64,000 nucleotides of DNA from contig JALEGL010000006.1 in the NCBI GenBank assembly GCA_022763185.1, positions 175,087 through 239,086 of the forward strand. Direction: 5' to 3'. The position numbers and the translations under genes are program-made. Numbering within the stretch: position 1 is the stretch's first letter; every line of letters begins with the position of its first letter. Under the pieces are notes generated by a model. The model was given only the letters and a program-made list of their open reading frames with translations, was not told the origin of the DNA and made no database searches. The stretch comes from a bacterium. GTDB taxonomy: Bacteria; Bdellovibrionota_G; JALEGL01. This document shows, in pieces, positions 49,054 through 59,144 of this stretch.

Positions 49054-51720
49054 TTGAAAGAAAATCAGGTGTATAAATTATCTAATGGTTTGAATGTCTT
49101 GCTGTGTCCGCGCCCAGATGAAAAATTGGTGTGCTCTATGCTGTGGGTCAATGTTGGCTATGAACATGAGTCCAAGCATAATTTGGGTATAGCGCATATG
49201 CTAGAGCATTTGTATTATCGAAAAAAAATCATAGATCATACAGGGAATAAAAGTAGTGTGTTGCAAAGCATGCGTAAATATGGCGCTGTGCACAATGCCG
49301 TTACAGCTCAAGACCATACACATTTTTATGCAGTAACTACAAAAGAAAACTTCTTCCCAATTGTTTCTGCACAACTGCAAGCGATATTATCCAATCACTA
49401 TGACAATGAAGATTTACAACTGGAAAAATCAGTCATATTTGAGGAATTGAAAAAAAAGCTTTTTAATTCACACATTCAAGGCCGAGAAGCTCTTTTATCC
49501 ATGATTTTTCCTGACAATGACGGCTTAAAAGAGCGCAGTCTAAAGGACAAGACCATTGATTTAGAGTTAAAAGACATTAAAGACTTTCATCAGCACTATT
49601 ATCAAGCGCAAAATATAAACTTATGTATTTATGGCAGTTTTAGCCCAGATCAAACACTAGAGCATTTGGAGCAGTGTTTAAAGGATAGGGTTGAAGAAAT
49701 GAGTATAGAAAAAAATTCAGCGCAAGCAGCTAACATCAACTCTAAACCAAGTGTATTAAGTCATAGTTTGAATTACAAACGTGTTTTATTTGATCAAGCT
49801 CATAGTCATTGTAAATTTGGCTTTGAATTTCCTCTTAACTTAAATCGTATGATTTTGGCAGACTTACTTGCCATTATGTTAGGCAAAGGGAAAAGTAGTA
49901 TTTTAGGAAAAAACTTTGGTGATCATGCAGGCAGTACAGTTTTACACTTTAATCAAAAAAGTGTTTTTTTATTAGAAGCAGAGTGTGAAGTTAGAAATTT
50001 AGCGCAAACACAAGAGATACTCCTGAGTAGTTTGTATGCTCTTGCAAAAGACATCAATGAGAACACTGACTTGGTCAAAAGTGATATGCAAAAAGCAAAA
50101 AACATATTGCATAGCAATTACTTTTCTCAAGACTTAAGCCTGATTAACGCAACTTACAAGCAGTGCTACATGAATCATTGTTTGCAGCAATTAGCTTTGG
50201 ATCATGATGAAATAAGTTATTTAGAGACCTTAAAAAATATACAGTTAAAAGATGTACAGCAGTTTATTCACGATTATTTAAATTTCTCTCAAGCCAAAAT
50301 TTTAGAAATGGTTCCCAAACATATGGGTCATGCTTATGAAGCTGAACAGAAAATAGCCTCTCTACAAAAGCGAATTGATCAGTACCTCAACAGTTATAAC
50401 AGCAAAAAAGTTGAAAACACGGAATCCTCAGAAGTTTTAGAGCATACCTTTTTTACTGAGCAAAGCGTTGAATCAAATGAGCAAGATAGGTTTAGGCAAC
50501 AAAGTTTTGCTTGTGGCGCACAGCTGATCTACTGTCAAAAACCAAAAGTGCAAATGGCAAATCTAAGCATTCGTTTTAAAGGTGGCCGTTTAGAAGAAAC
50601 TTTTACAAGCAGTGGGTATACCAATGCGTCTTTAGGCTTGTTGGCACAAGCAACCATGCATCAAAGTCAACTTGAATTTAAAGATAACCTAGAAGCGCAT
50701 GGTATACAATTAAGCTATGATGCATCTGCAGATCACTTTGGTTACTCCATGACCTTACCTCAAGTTAATTTAAAACAAGGTTTAAGGACGATCTCAGATA
50801 TGATCATGGAACCTTATGTTAATGCTGACCTGTTGGAACAAGAAAAAAACAAAATTTTTAATCAACTCGCGGGTATTGAAAAAGATTTATTCTTTAAACC
50901 TGTAGAACTTTTTTATCAGGCCCTGATGGGAATTCACCCTTACGCATGGCCACGATATGGACATGCGGCTTCAATCATGAACGTGAATGCTGAAAATATT
51001 TTAGATTGGCATAAAGAACATTTTTGTTTGTCTAATATGGTTATTGCTTACGTTGGCCCTGCACCTTATGCACAAGTCCAAGAAATGGTATTGTCACAGT
51101 TTGATTTAAATTCTGGTGTGAACAAGGAAGAAAAAAAAGGTGTATTATCATTTATGCCGCCACGTAGCCCAGTAGAAAATATTGCGATGACTAAAGGATC
51201 GCAAGTCGGCTTTGTTTTTGGTTTTAAAGGTGTTAAATTTAATGATAACGATAAAGTTGTTTTAGATTGTTTGGCACATATTTTATCAGGTTTGGGTGGA
51301 AGGCTGTTTAATGAGCTTAGGGATAAACGAGCTTTGGTTTATCAAAGTATGGCTTACAACATTGCGTTGCTTAAAGCGGGAGCTTTTTTTGTTTATGCTA
51401 AAACCAACTTAAAGCATGAAGAGGAAGTGAAAAACAGAGTTTTGGTTGAATTTGAGCGACTTAAAAGCCAAGTTGTCTCTCAACAAGAGCTTAGTGAAGC
51501 TATAGAGTGTGCTATTTGTCAACATGCGGTAGATATGCAAGCTTCAAGTAGTTTGGCCTATTTAATGGCTGAATCCGCAATCAATGGTGGTCAAATGCAA
51601 GACTTGTTTGAATATGAACACAAGTTAAAAAAAGTTAATATTGGTCAAGTTAATGAATGTGCAAATAAAATTTTTGATTTGGATCATAGTGCTATAGGTG
51701 TTTTAAGAGGCAAAGCATGA
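49054..51720 (+). CDS. M16 family zinc metallopeptidase (tandem M16 units, pitrilysin/PqqL-like)
   Basis: Inverted zinc motif HMLEHL near the N-terminus and a repeated M16 fold. 888 aa. Confidence 0.8.
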   Translation: MKENQVYKLSNGLNVLLCPRPDEKLVCSMLWVNVGYEHESKHNLGIAHMLEHLYYRKKIIDHTGNKSSVLQSMRKYGAVHNAVTAQDHTHFYAVTTKENFFPIVSAQLQAILSNHYDNEDLQLEKSVIFEELKKKLFNSHIQGREALLSMIFPDNDGLKERSLKDKTIDLELKDIKDFHQHYYQAQNINLCIYGSFSPDQTLEHLEQCLKDRVEEMSIEKNSAQAANINSKPSVLSHSLNYKRVLFDQAHSHCKFGFEFPLNLNRMILADLLAIMLGKGKSSILGKNFGDHAGSTVLHFNQKSVFLLEAECEVRNLAQTQEILLSSLYALAKDINENTDLVKSDMQKAKNILHSNYFSQDLSLINATYKQCYMNHCLQQLALDHDEISYLETLKNIQLKDVQQFIHDYLNFSQAKILEMVPKHMGHAYEAEQKIASLQKRIDQYLNSYNSKKVENTESSEVLEHTFFTEQSVESNEQDRFRQQSFACGAQLIYCQKPKVQMANLSIRFKGGRLEETFTSSGYTNASLGLLAQATMHQSQLEFKDNLEAHGIQLSYDASADHFGYSMTLPQVNLKQGLRTISDMIMEPYVNADLLEQEKNKIFNQLAGIEKDLFFKPVELFYQALMGIHPYAWPRYGHAASIMNVNAENILDWHKEHFCLSNMVIAYVGPAPYAQVQEMVLSQFDLNSGVNKEEKKGVLSFMPPRSPVENIAMTKGSQVGFVFGFKGVKFNDNDKVVLDCLAHILSGLGGRLFNELRDKRALVYQSMAYNIALLKAGAFFVYAKTNLKHEEEVKNRVLVEFERLKSQVVSQQELSEAIECAICQHAVDMQASSSLAYLMAESAINGGQMQDLFEYEHKLKKVNIGQVNECANKIFDLDHSAIGVLRGKA

Positions 51721-52100
51721 CTTTGGAACAATTTATTGATCAATATAAATGTGATAATGCTCAAGCTATAAGTGTTGTTGTTTTTTGCCAAGAATCAAAT
51801 ATTTTTGCTTGTACTCAAAAGTTAAAAGACCTTGAACAATCAGAACATATAAAAATTGTGATCCAGCCATGTCCTTATGAGGGGATTGAGTTTTTATTCA
51901 GAACACCAATGAATATTCCTCAATCTTTCTTAGGAGAAGAGACAGATTTTTTTTGGCAGGGCGTGTTTATCAAGCGAGTTGATTTACTCAAGCAAGCAAG
52001 TTTGGCACATTACTCTTTTTGGCTTGCCATTTTACAGCAAGAGATAGCTCAACTTGAACAAGCAAAAAAGGAACTATTAACATGCATAGTAAGCAACTAA
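51717..52100 (+). CDS. hypothetical protein translationally coupled to the M16 peptidase
   Basis: ATGA overlap with the peptidase stop. Its 3' end overlaps the SBP gene start. Confidence 0.4.
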   Translation: MTLEQFIDQYKCDNAQAISVVVFCQESNIFACTQKLKDLEQSEHIKIVIQPCPYEGIEFLFRTPMNIPQSFLGEETDFFWQGVFIKRVDLLKQASLAHYSFWLAILQQEIAQLEQAKKELLTCIVSN

Positions 52101-53716
52101 AATTAAATTGGAGTTATTTTATTCTTGGCCTAAGCTTTTTGATTTTAGGATCATGTGCATCACAGTTTTCAACTGTGGATCGTAGGCAAAGACAAAAAAA
52201 AGTTTTTAGACTGTTTACACAAAGCCCACTAAAAACATTGCATCCAGGTCAACTCAAAACATATACTGAAACCATATTAGGTTTACAGCTACATGAGCCT
52301 CTATTGTATGTTGTTCCTGAGACAGGAAAGATTGTTCCTTTGGCAGCAGAAAGCTATAGCCAGAGTTTTGATGAAAAAAGCATTACGTTTAAACTCAGGT
52401 CTGATTTAAAATGGTCAAATGGCCAAGACATAACAGCGGATGACTATGTTAATACTTTAAACTACATCTTAAATAAAAATAATAAGAGCCCGCATATTAC
52501 AAAATTAATTCATATTAAAGGGGCTCAAAAACTAATTGAAGGTGAAATTCTATCGCCAAATGAATTGGGTGTGCAATCTTTAGGGAAAAGAATAATTAAA
52601 ATTCAATTTGAACATTATGATTTAAGAACTATTATGTTGTTTGCTCGACCATGGACAGGGCCTTTGAGAAAAATTAACACTATGGATTCTTTACAAACAC
52701 AACAAGACTTTTCATCATGGGTAGGCAATGGTTTGTTTATTCCAGTAAGAAAAAATAGTGAAGTTATTTTATTGCGTAAAAACCCTTATCATCGATGGGC
52801 CAGTAAAATTGAACTAGATGAAATCAGTCTTTTTTACAATAAAAGTTTAGAAAATATAGAGAAAGTAGGACCTCAACAAGTTCATGTAGTTGGAAACAGA
52901 GGTTTTTCAATTGATTTTGATGAGTATAAAAATCATTTTGTACAGCATGGTTATAAGTATATTTATGAGCCAGATTTATTAACCATGTTTTTAAGGCTTA
53001 ATAATAAGCATCAGAATTTACAGGACGTTGCTATCCGTAGAGCAATTGCCATGTCAATCAATAGAGATTTTATTAAACAATCCTTACACTTTAACAATTA
53101 TCAGGCAGCGTATTCAATGATGCCCAAAAATGTTTTGGGATATCAACCGCCATTGGGATTTTCATTTTCAAAAACAAGAGCTATAAATGAACTTGAAAGC
53201 TTGGGTTACTGTGTTGAGAAGGGTCGGAAAAACTGTAAAAAATTAGGAGAATTACAGTTTATGTATGTTGATACGGCTCGCAATGAAAAAATAGCTTTGG
53301 CAATTCAACAACTTTTTTTAAATGCTTTGCCCTTTAAAAGAGTAGTTTTACAAGCCGAAAAACAAAGCAAATTTGATCAAAGAGTTGTTAAAGGTGATTT
53401 TGATATAGCCATTGATACAGTGGGAGCTTTACCTGATAATGCATTCGGCATTTTGGAAGCCTTTTTACCCAGCAGAGCCAGTGCGGGTAGTTTTTATCAT
53501 ATTGGTTTTGAGAAAACTTTGAAAAAGGCTTTTACTCATGAGTACTGGCCTCAAGTTTTGCAAGGAATTAGGCAGGCTGAAGGTGTTCTTTTAGATAGTG
53601 TTGAGCTGGTTCCCATTTTTCATATTACCACTGGCCGTGTTATCAGTAATAAAGTTAAGGGATTTAAGCCCAATATTTTTTCTGAACAAGTGTATTCAAC
53701 CATTAATATTAAATAA
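52082..53716 (+). CDS. solute-binding protein family 5 (peptide/nickel type) lipoprotein
   Basis: Lipobox LILGSCAS. N-terminal block ...LAAESY...DEKSITFKLRSDLKWSNGQDITADDYV matches the SBP_bac_5 pattern. Confidence 0.6.
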   Translation: MHSKQLKLNWSYFILGLSFLILGSCASQFSTVDRRQRQKKVFRLFTQSPLKTLHPGQLKTYTETILGLQLHEPLLYVVPETGKIVPLAAESYSQSFDEKSITFKLRSDLKWSNGQDITADDYVNTLNYILNKNNKSPHITKLIHIKGAQKLIEGEILSPNELGVQSLGKRIIKIQFEHYDLRTIMLFARPWTGPLRKINTMDSLQTQQDFSSWVGNGLFIPVRKNSEVILLRKNPYHRWASKIELDEISLFYNKSLENIEKVGPQQVHVVGNRGFSIDFDEYKNHFVQHGYKYIYEPDLLTMFLRLNNKHQNLQDVAIRRAIAMSINRDFIKQSLHFNNYQAAYSMMPKNVLGYQPPLGFSFSKTRAINELESLGYCVEKGRKNCKKLGELQFMYVDTARNEKIALAIQQLFLNALPFKRVVLQAEKQSKFDQRVVKGDFDIAIDTVGALPDNAFGILEAFLPSRASAGSFYHIGFEKTLKKAFTHEYWPQVLQGIRQAEGVLLDSVELVPIFHITTGRVISNKVKGFKPNIFSEQVYSTINIK

Positions 53717-53740
53717 TAATATAAAATTAAGGAGCATAGG

Positions 53741-54712
53741 ATGATTCGTAATAATATTTTAGAATGTGTGGGAGACACTCCAATTGTTCGTTTAAATAAA
53801 ATTGGTCAAAACTTTGAACATGAGCTTTTGGTAAAAGTTGAGTTTTTTAATCCAGGAAGTTCAATTAAGGATAGAATTGCCAAGCAAATGGTAGATGATG
53901 CGGTTGCTGAAGGTAAATTAAAAGAAGGCGGCACAATCATAGAGTGTACTTCAGGAAATACAGGAATGGGACTAGCAATGGTAGCCTGTGTAAAAGGGTT
54001 TAAATGCATATGCGTGATGCCGGATAAAGTATCTAATGAAAAAATAAAAATTTTAGAAGCCATGGGGTGTCAAGTTGTGGTGACACCAACTGCGGTAGAA
54101 CCTGATGATCCTAGAAGTTATTACTCGGTAGCAAAAAAATTGGCAGAAGAAACTGAAAACTCATTTTATGTTGATCAATACCACAATCCTTCTAACCCAA
54201 AGACACATTTACTTAGTACTGGACCTGAAATTTACCAACAGCTTGGAGGCGAGCTGGATTATTTGGTCGTGGCTAGTGGAACCGGAGGAACTTTGTGTGG
54301 AACAGCAAAATATTTAAAAGAAAAAATTCCACATTTAAAAGCCATTTGTATCGATCCTATTGGCTCCATATATTATGATTATTTTAAAACTGGTGAAATA
54401 CCTAAAGTGGTAACAAGTTATAAAGTGGAAGGTTTTGGTGAAGACTTCATGCCAGATACCATTGATTTTGATTTGATCGATGATGTCATTCAAGTATCTG
54501 ATAAAGAGTGCTTTGATATGACTAGAGAGTTGGCTGCCAAAGAAGGTATTTTTGCTGGCGGATCATGCGGTGGAGCTATTGCTGGCGGCTTGAAAGTAGC
54601 AGAAAAAACAGAAGGTAAGAAAAGATTTTTAATGATTTTACCGGATAGCGGTTCACGGTATATAAGCAAAGTTTATGATAATACCTGGCTAAAAGAAAAC
54701 GGTTATATCTAA
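53741..54712 (+). CDS. cysteine synthase / cystathionine beta-synthase family PLP enzyme (no CBS regulatory domains)
   Basis: PLP lysine motif NPGSSIKDR, the GNTG loop and GTGGT. Confidence 0.8.
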   Translation: MIRNNILECVGDTPIVRLNKIGQNFEHELLVKVEFFNPGSSIKDRIAKQMVDDAVAEGKLKEGGTIIECTSGNTGMGLAMVACVKGFKCICVMPDKVSNEKIKILEAMGCQVVVTPTAVEPDDPRSYYSVAKKLAEETENSFYVDQYHNPSNPKTHLLSTGPEIYQQLGGELDYLVVASGTGGTLCGTAKYLKEKIPHLKAICIDPIGSIYYDYFKTGEIPKVVTSYKVEGFGEDFMPDTIDFDLIDDVIQVSDKECFDMTRELAAKEGIFAGGSCGGAIAGGLKVAEKTEGKKRFLMILPDSGSRYISKVYDNTWLKENGYI

Positions 54713-55878
54713 TGATGGATAAAACAAAGCTCAATTTTGCAAGTAAGGCTATTCATGTTGGTCAAGAACCGGATGAAAAAACAGGATCAGTTATTGTTCC
54801 ACTGTATCAGACCAGCACGTATGCACAAAAGTCTCCAGGTGAGCATTTAGGCTATGAGTACTCGCGTACAGACAACCCTACAAGACATGCTTATGAAAAG
54901 TGTCTAGCATCATTAGAAAAAGCGCAGTATTGTGCTAGCTTTGCTTCTGGAATGGCAGCCATTCACTGTATTGTTGAAAGTTTAAATAAAAATGTACGTA
55001 TCGTTTGTAGCGATGATGTCTATGGTGGGACATTCAGACTCTTTGATAAAGTATTTTCTAAGCATGGTTTGTATTTTGATTATCTAGATTTTTCTAATCT
55101 CAGCCAAGTAGAAGATTTTTTTAAACAACATACTGTAGATGTGTGCTGGATAGAAACTCCCAGCAATCCCATGCTTAAATTGATTGATATAAAGAGCTTG
55201 AGCCAAATTTGCCAAGACAATGGTGTTAAGCTGGTTGTTGATAATACTTTTGCCAGTCCATTTATTCAAAATCCGTTGATTCAAGGCGCCGATATGGTTG
55301 TTCACTCAACCACCAAATATATTGGAGGGCACTCTGATGTAGTTGGTGGAGCCATCATGTGTAATGATGAGGAGTGGTTTAAAAAAATTAAGTTTTTACA
55401 AAACTCAATTGGAGCCGTACCTTCAGCTTTTGATTGCTGGTTATCTTTAAGAGGGCTTAAAACCTTGGCCTTAAGAATGCAAAAACACTGTCAAAATGCT
55501 GTGGAAATAGCAGACTTTTTGAGTAGCCATGCTAAAGTAAAGCAGGTTATTTATCCTGGCTTAGAAGACCATCCAAATCATTATCTTGTGGGACAACAAA
55601 TGCAAGGCTATGCTGGTGGCATGTTAAGTGTTAACCTTGACTTGAGTTTAGAGCAAACCAAAGCTTTTTTACGGCACTTAAACTTGTTCATTTTAGCAGA
55701 AAGCTTAGGTGGAGTGGAGTCTTTGATTGAGCACCCCGCTATTATGACCCATGCCAGTCTGCCAGCAGAAAAAAGAAGAGCTTTGGGAATAAGCGATGCA
55801 TTCGTCCGTATTTCTGTTGGCATTGAAGACATTAATGATCTTAAACAAGATCTTGAACAGGCTTTATCAAAAGTTTAA
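54712..55878 (+). CDS. cystathionine gamma-lyase / gamma-synthase family PLP enzyme
   Basis: STTKYIGGHSDVVGG PLP-lysine motif. Start overlaps the preceding stop (ATGATG). Confidence 0.85.
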   Translation: MMDKTKLNFASKAIHVGQEPDEKTGSVIVPLYQTSTYAQKSPGEHLGYEYSRTDNPTRHAYEKCLASLEKAQYCASFASGMAAIHCIVESLNKNVRIVCSDDVYGGTFRLFDKVFSKHGLYFDYLDFSNLSQVEDFFKQHTVDVCWIETPSNPMLKLIDIKSLSQICQDNGVKLVVDNTFASPFIQNPLIQGADMVVHSTTKYIGGHSDVVGGAIMCNDEEWFKKIKFLQNSIGAVPSAFDCWLSLRGLKTLALRMQKHCQNAVEIADFLSSHAKVKQVIYPGLEDHPNHYLVGQQMQGYAGGMLSVNLDLSLEQTKAFLRHLNLFILAESLGGVESLIEHPAIMTHASLPAEKRRALGISDAFVRISVGIEDINDLKQDLEQALSKV

Positions 55879-55953
55879 GGTAAAAAGATATAATCAAGGC
55901 TTAGAATAAGCATTCAAGTAGACATTTTATGAAATTAAAGTAAAATTTATTTT

Positions 55954-56532
55954 ATGATATATATTGTGCTCGCTTTACTCTTGTTATGTGTTGGAATTTT
56001 ACTTGGAATTTACAACCGTTTGGTACGTTTAAAAAACAGGTATAAAAATGCTTTTTCACAAATAGATGTCCAGTTAAAACGCCGATATGATCTTATTCCT
56101 AATTTAGTAGAAGTCAGTAAAAAATATATGGAACATGAAAAAGAGACTTTAACGGCTGTTATTCAAGCTAGACAACAAGCTTCTGGTATTGCGAATCAAT
56201 TAAAAAATAATTTAGGTGATAGCGGTTTGTTGGATAAACTATCGCAAGCAGAAAGTTCATTAAGTTCAGGTTTAGGGCGTTTATTTGCAGTTATGGAAAA
56301 TTACCCAGAGTTAAAAGCCAATGAAAGCATGGCACAATTATCCGAAGAACTCAAAAGCACTGAGAATAAAATTTCATTTTCACGGCAATCTTACAATGAT
56401 GCTGTGATGGTTTACAATACTGCAAGAGAAGTTTTTCCCAATAATATGATTGCAGGTATGTTTGCTTTTAATCCAGTTGCACAGCTTAAGATTGCTGAAC
56501 AAGAGCGCAACACGCCAAAAGTTAAATTTTAG
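55954..56532 (+). CDS. LemA family protein
   Basis: N-terminal TM segment plus the block MENYPELKANE...SFSRQSYNDAV. Confidence 0.8.
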   Translation: MIYIVLALLLLCVGILLGIYNRLVRLKNRYKNAFSQIDVQLKRRYDLIPNLVEVSKKYMEHEKETLTAVIQARQQASGIANQLKNNLGDSGLLDKLSQAESSLSSGLGRLFAVMENYPELKANESMAQLSEELKSTENKISFSRQSYNDAVMVYNTAREVFPNNMIAGMFAFNPVAQLKIAEQERNTPKVKF

Positions 56533-56534
56533 CT

Positions 56535-58379
56535 TTGGATTTTTTTAGTCAACAAAGAAAAAGAAAACAAGTATCTAAACTGTATATTGTTTTATTTATC
56601 ACGGCTGTCGTACTGATAGATATTGCTTTATGTTTGTGTTCAGATTGGGTGCTAAAGAGTTATGTTGATGGTCGGTTTCAACGATATTTTCTTATCAGCG
56701 GTGTATTTTTTATTGGTTTAAGTATTTCGTTTCTAAAAATGCGTTTGGGGCCAGCCTCTGATGCCAACAGTATCATGAAGTACCTTGGTGCCAAATCGCT
56801 TTTGGATAAAGATCTAAGCCAAAAAGAATTGATTTTAAAAAATTGTGTTGAAGAAATGGCCATTGCTTCAGGAGTACCATGCCCAAATATGTATTGCTTT
56901 GAAAATGAAACGGGCATGAATGCTATGGCAAGTGGCTATAGCATTCATGACAGTGCCATTGCTATTACCCAAGGCTGTTTAGATCATCTTAACCGAGATG
57001 AACTTCAGGCAGTCATTGCGCATGAGTTTGGCCATATATTATCTGGAGATACGCGTATCAATATGTTGATGATGGCAGCTTTAAATAGCATCAGTTCAAT
57101 TTATTTGTTTGGAAAGTTTTTAGTCTATCCAGGTAAAAAAACATTTCGCGGTAAAGGTGGAGTGTATCAAATTTTTCTTGGTCTGCTTTTGATGGTGATA
57201 GGGAGTTTAGGACAAATGTTTTCTAAGATCATAAAAGCAGCTTTGTCCCGGCAAAGAGAATTTCTTGCTGATGCTTTGTCTGTTCAATTTACTCGAAACC
57301 CCAGTGCATTAACTGGGGCATTAAAAAAAATTGGTGGTGATCGATGGGGCTCACAGGTGTTTAATCCTAAGATTGAAAAAGTGAGTCATATGATGTTTTG
57401 TGAGCTTCATTTAAGTCAAAACTTTTTATTGCCGATCATGGCTTCTCACCCAAGTTTAGAAGATAGAATAAGGGTCTATGAAAAAAAATTTGATGGTGTT
57501 TTCCCTCAAACCAGAAAAAAAGAAGTTTCTCCCGGTGTAGAGTCACAATGGCTGCAAGACAAACCCTCTATTTTACTGGGTGGTATGATTTCACCCATTG
57601 ATACCGTGTATGCAGCCCATTTTTTAAAAGATTTAAACCTAAAAGATTACCGTTGGCTAAGATCTAAAGAGCAGTTAAAAGCAAAACTCTGTGCCATATA
57701 CAGTTCAAAAAACGAAGCTGTATTTTTGCTACAAAAAAAGCTTTTAAACAAGTATTTATCAGAAGATGAGCTGAAAACCTATAGCATGGCTAGGGATTTT
57801 TTTAATAAGCATAGCTACAATGAAAAGATAGGTATTCAAGATTTACTTATCCCTATACTTAAAAAACAAAGACATGATCTCTTGTTTGAAATCAACAGTC
57901 TATTAAAAAAAGTAATTGATTGTGATGGGAAAATATCTTTGTTTGAGTGTGTTGCATATCAAATTTTTAAATTAAACTGTATACCCAACAAAGTTTCTCA
58001 CAATAAAACTCAGTTAAAAACAGACGAAGCCTTGGTGATTGTTTTATCCAGTTTAAGTTATGCCTCAATAAGCAAAGATCCGGTTGAACAAAAACAAGCA
58101 TTTTTATCGGGGATCACTTTTTTCTATCGTCATGGACAATATGAGTTGTTTAAAAAAGATGAGTTTAGTCATAACTTATTGTTGCAAGCCTTAGAAAATT
58201 TAAAAAAACTGGCTTTTTATGAACGGCAAAAATTATTGGCTGCATGCTATAAAATCATAAGTTATGATCACAATGTTTCTGAAAAGCAAGCAAGTATTGT
58301 ACGTCTTTTAGGCGAGTATTTAGAAATTCCAATGCCTATATCTACGTATCAAAGCTTATTGACGGCTCAAAGGGTATAG
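56535..58379 (+). CDS. M48 family zinc metalloprotease with long C-terminal extension
   Basis: AVIAHEFGHILSGD (HExxH) after N-terminal TM segments. 614 aa compared with about 300 for HtpX. Confidence 0.7.
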   Translation: MDFFSQQRKRKQVSKLYIVLFITAVVLIDIALCLCSDWVLKSYVDGRFQRYFLISGVFFIGLSISFLKMRLGPASDANSIMKYLGAKSLLDKDLSQKELILKNCVEEMAIASGVPCPNMYCFENETGMNAMASGYSIHDSAIAITQGCLDHLNRDELQAVIAHEFGHILSGDTRINMLMMAALNSISSIYLFGKFLVYPGKKTFRGKGGVYQIFLGLLLMVIGSLGQMFSKIIKAALSRQREFLADALSVQFTRNPSALTGALKKIGGDRWGSQVFNPKIEKVSHMMFCELHLSQNFLLPIMASHPSLEDRIRVYEKKFDGVFPQTRKKEVSPGVESQWLQDKPSILLGGMISPIDTVYAAHFLKDLNLKDYRWLRSKEQLKAKLCAIYSSKNEAVFLLQKKLLNKYLSEDELKTYSMARDFFNKHSYNEKIGIQDLLIPILKKQRHDLLFEINSLLKKVIDCDGKISLFECVAYQIFKLNCIPNKVSHNKTQLKTDEALVIVLSSLSYASISKDPVEQKQAFLSGITFFYRHGQYELFKKDEFSHNLLLQALENLKKLAFYERQKLLAACYKIISYDHNVSEKQASIVRLLGEYLEIPMPISTYQSLLTAQRV

Positions 58380-58394
58380 TCTTGATTGATTTGA

Positions 58395-59090
58395 TTAAAG
58401 CTTTGTTTTAAACTCTATTCCTAAACCCAAGCCACTTTTGTCTGTTGAAAAACCGTTGTATCTGTATTCAGCAACAGCGTACATTTTTTTATAAATATTA
58501 ATCCCCAATTGATGTTCAGTTACTGTTGTTGTTGAACCATCAATGAAGTTATGGTCAAAAAAACCAGACAAGTACATGCGCTTACTTAAGGTTTTGGGGA
58601 AAAGTAGCCAATAATAATAATGTTCTAATTGCCAGGTGTAACCAGAAAGACTGTTAAATTGTAGTGGAAACCAGTTGAGAGTATAGTTAAGATAAAGAGA
58701 TTTAAAAAAGTTTCTTAAGGCTTGTGTTTGTGAGATTTTCCAACCTATGCCTGTGCGTAAGGTGTCGTTATCAGTGCCGCCAGCAAGTGCCCATTGGTTT
58801 ACCCAGTGTAAAGGAGCGTTATTAAATATTGACCAATAGATATTTTGTTCACTGTAAAAACTTGCAATATCTTCATTGCTTTGACCAAACTGAGACTCAA
58901 AGTTAGTAAACGAAAAATAACTCAGTTTTGATGAAAAGTTAATTCCTAACTCTAAAGTATAAACACTCAGATTTCTTGTGTCATATGGGTAAAGATTGAA
59001 GTTGGCAAATCCTGAGGACTTGGCCAATACACATGAAGAAAATAAAACAAGGCAAGTTAACAAATGTTTCATAAAACACGAAAATAGCAA
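58395..59090 (-). CDS. putative outer-membrane beta-barrel protein
   Basis: Signal peptide MKHLLTCLVLFSSCVLA. The mature sequence is rich in alternating aromatic/hydrophilic strands with Y/W/F runs. Confidence 0.4.
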   Translation of the reverse strand: MLFSCFMKHLLTCLVLFSSCVLAKSSGFANFNLYPYDTRNLSVYTLELGINFSSKLSYFSFTNFESQFGQSNEDIASFYSEQNIYWSIFNNAPLHWVNQWALAGGTDNDTLRTGIGWKISQTQALRNFFKSLYLNYTLNWFPLQFNSLSGYTWQLEHYYYWLLFPKTLSKRMYLSGFFDHNFIDGSTTTVTEHQLGINIYKKMYAVAEYRYNGFSTDKSGLGLGIEFKTKL

Positions 59091-59144
59091 AAAGTACTTT
59101 GTTCGTAAACTACAAACGTATCTTACCTTCTATATATATTATAA

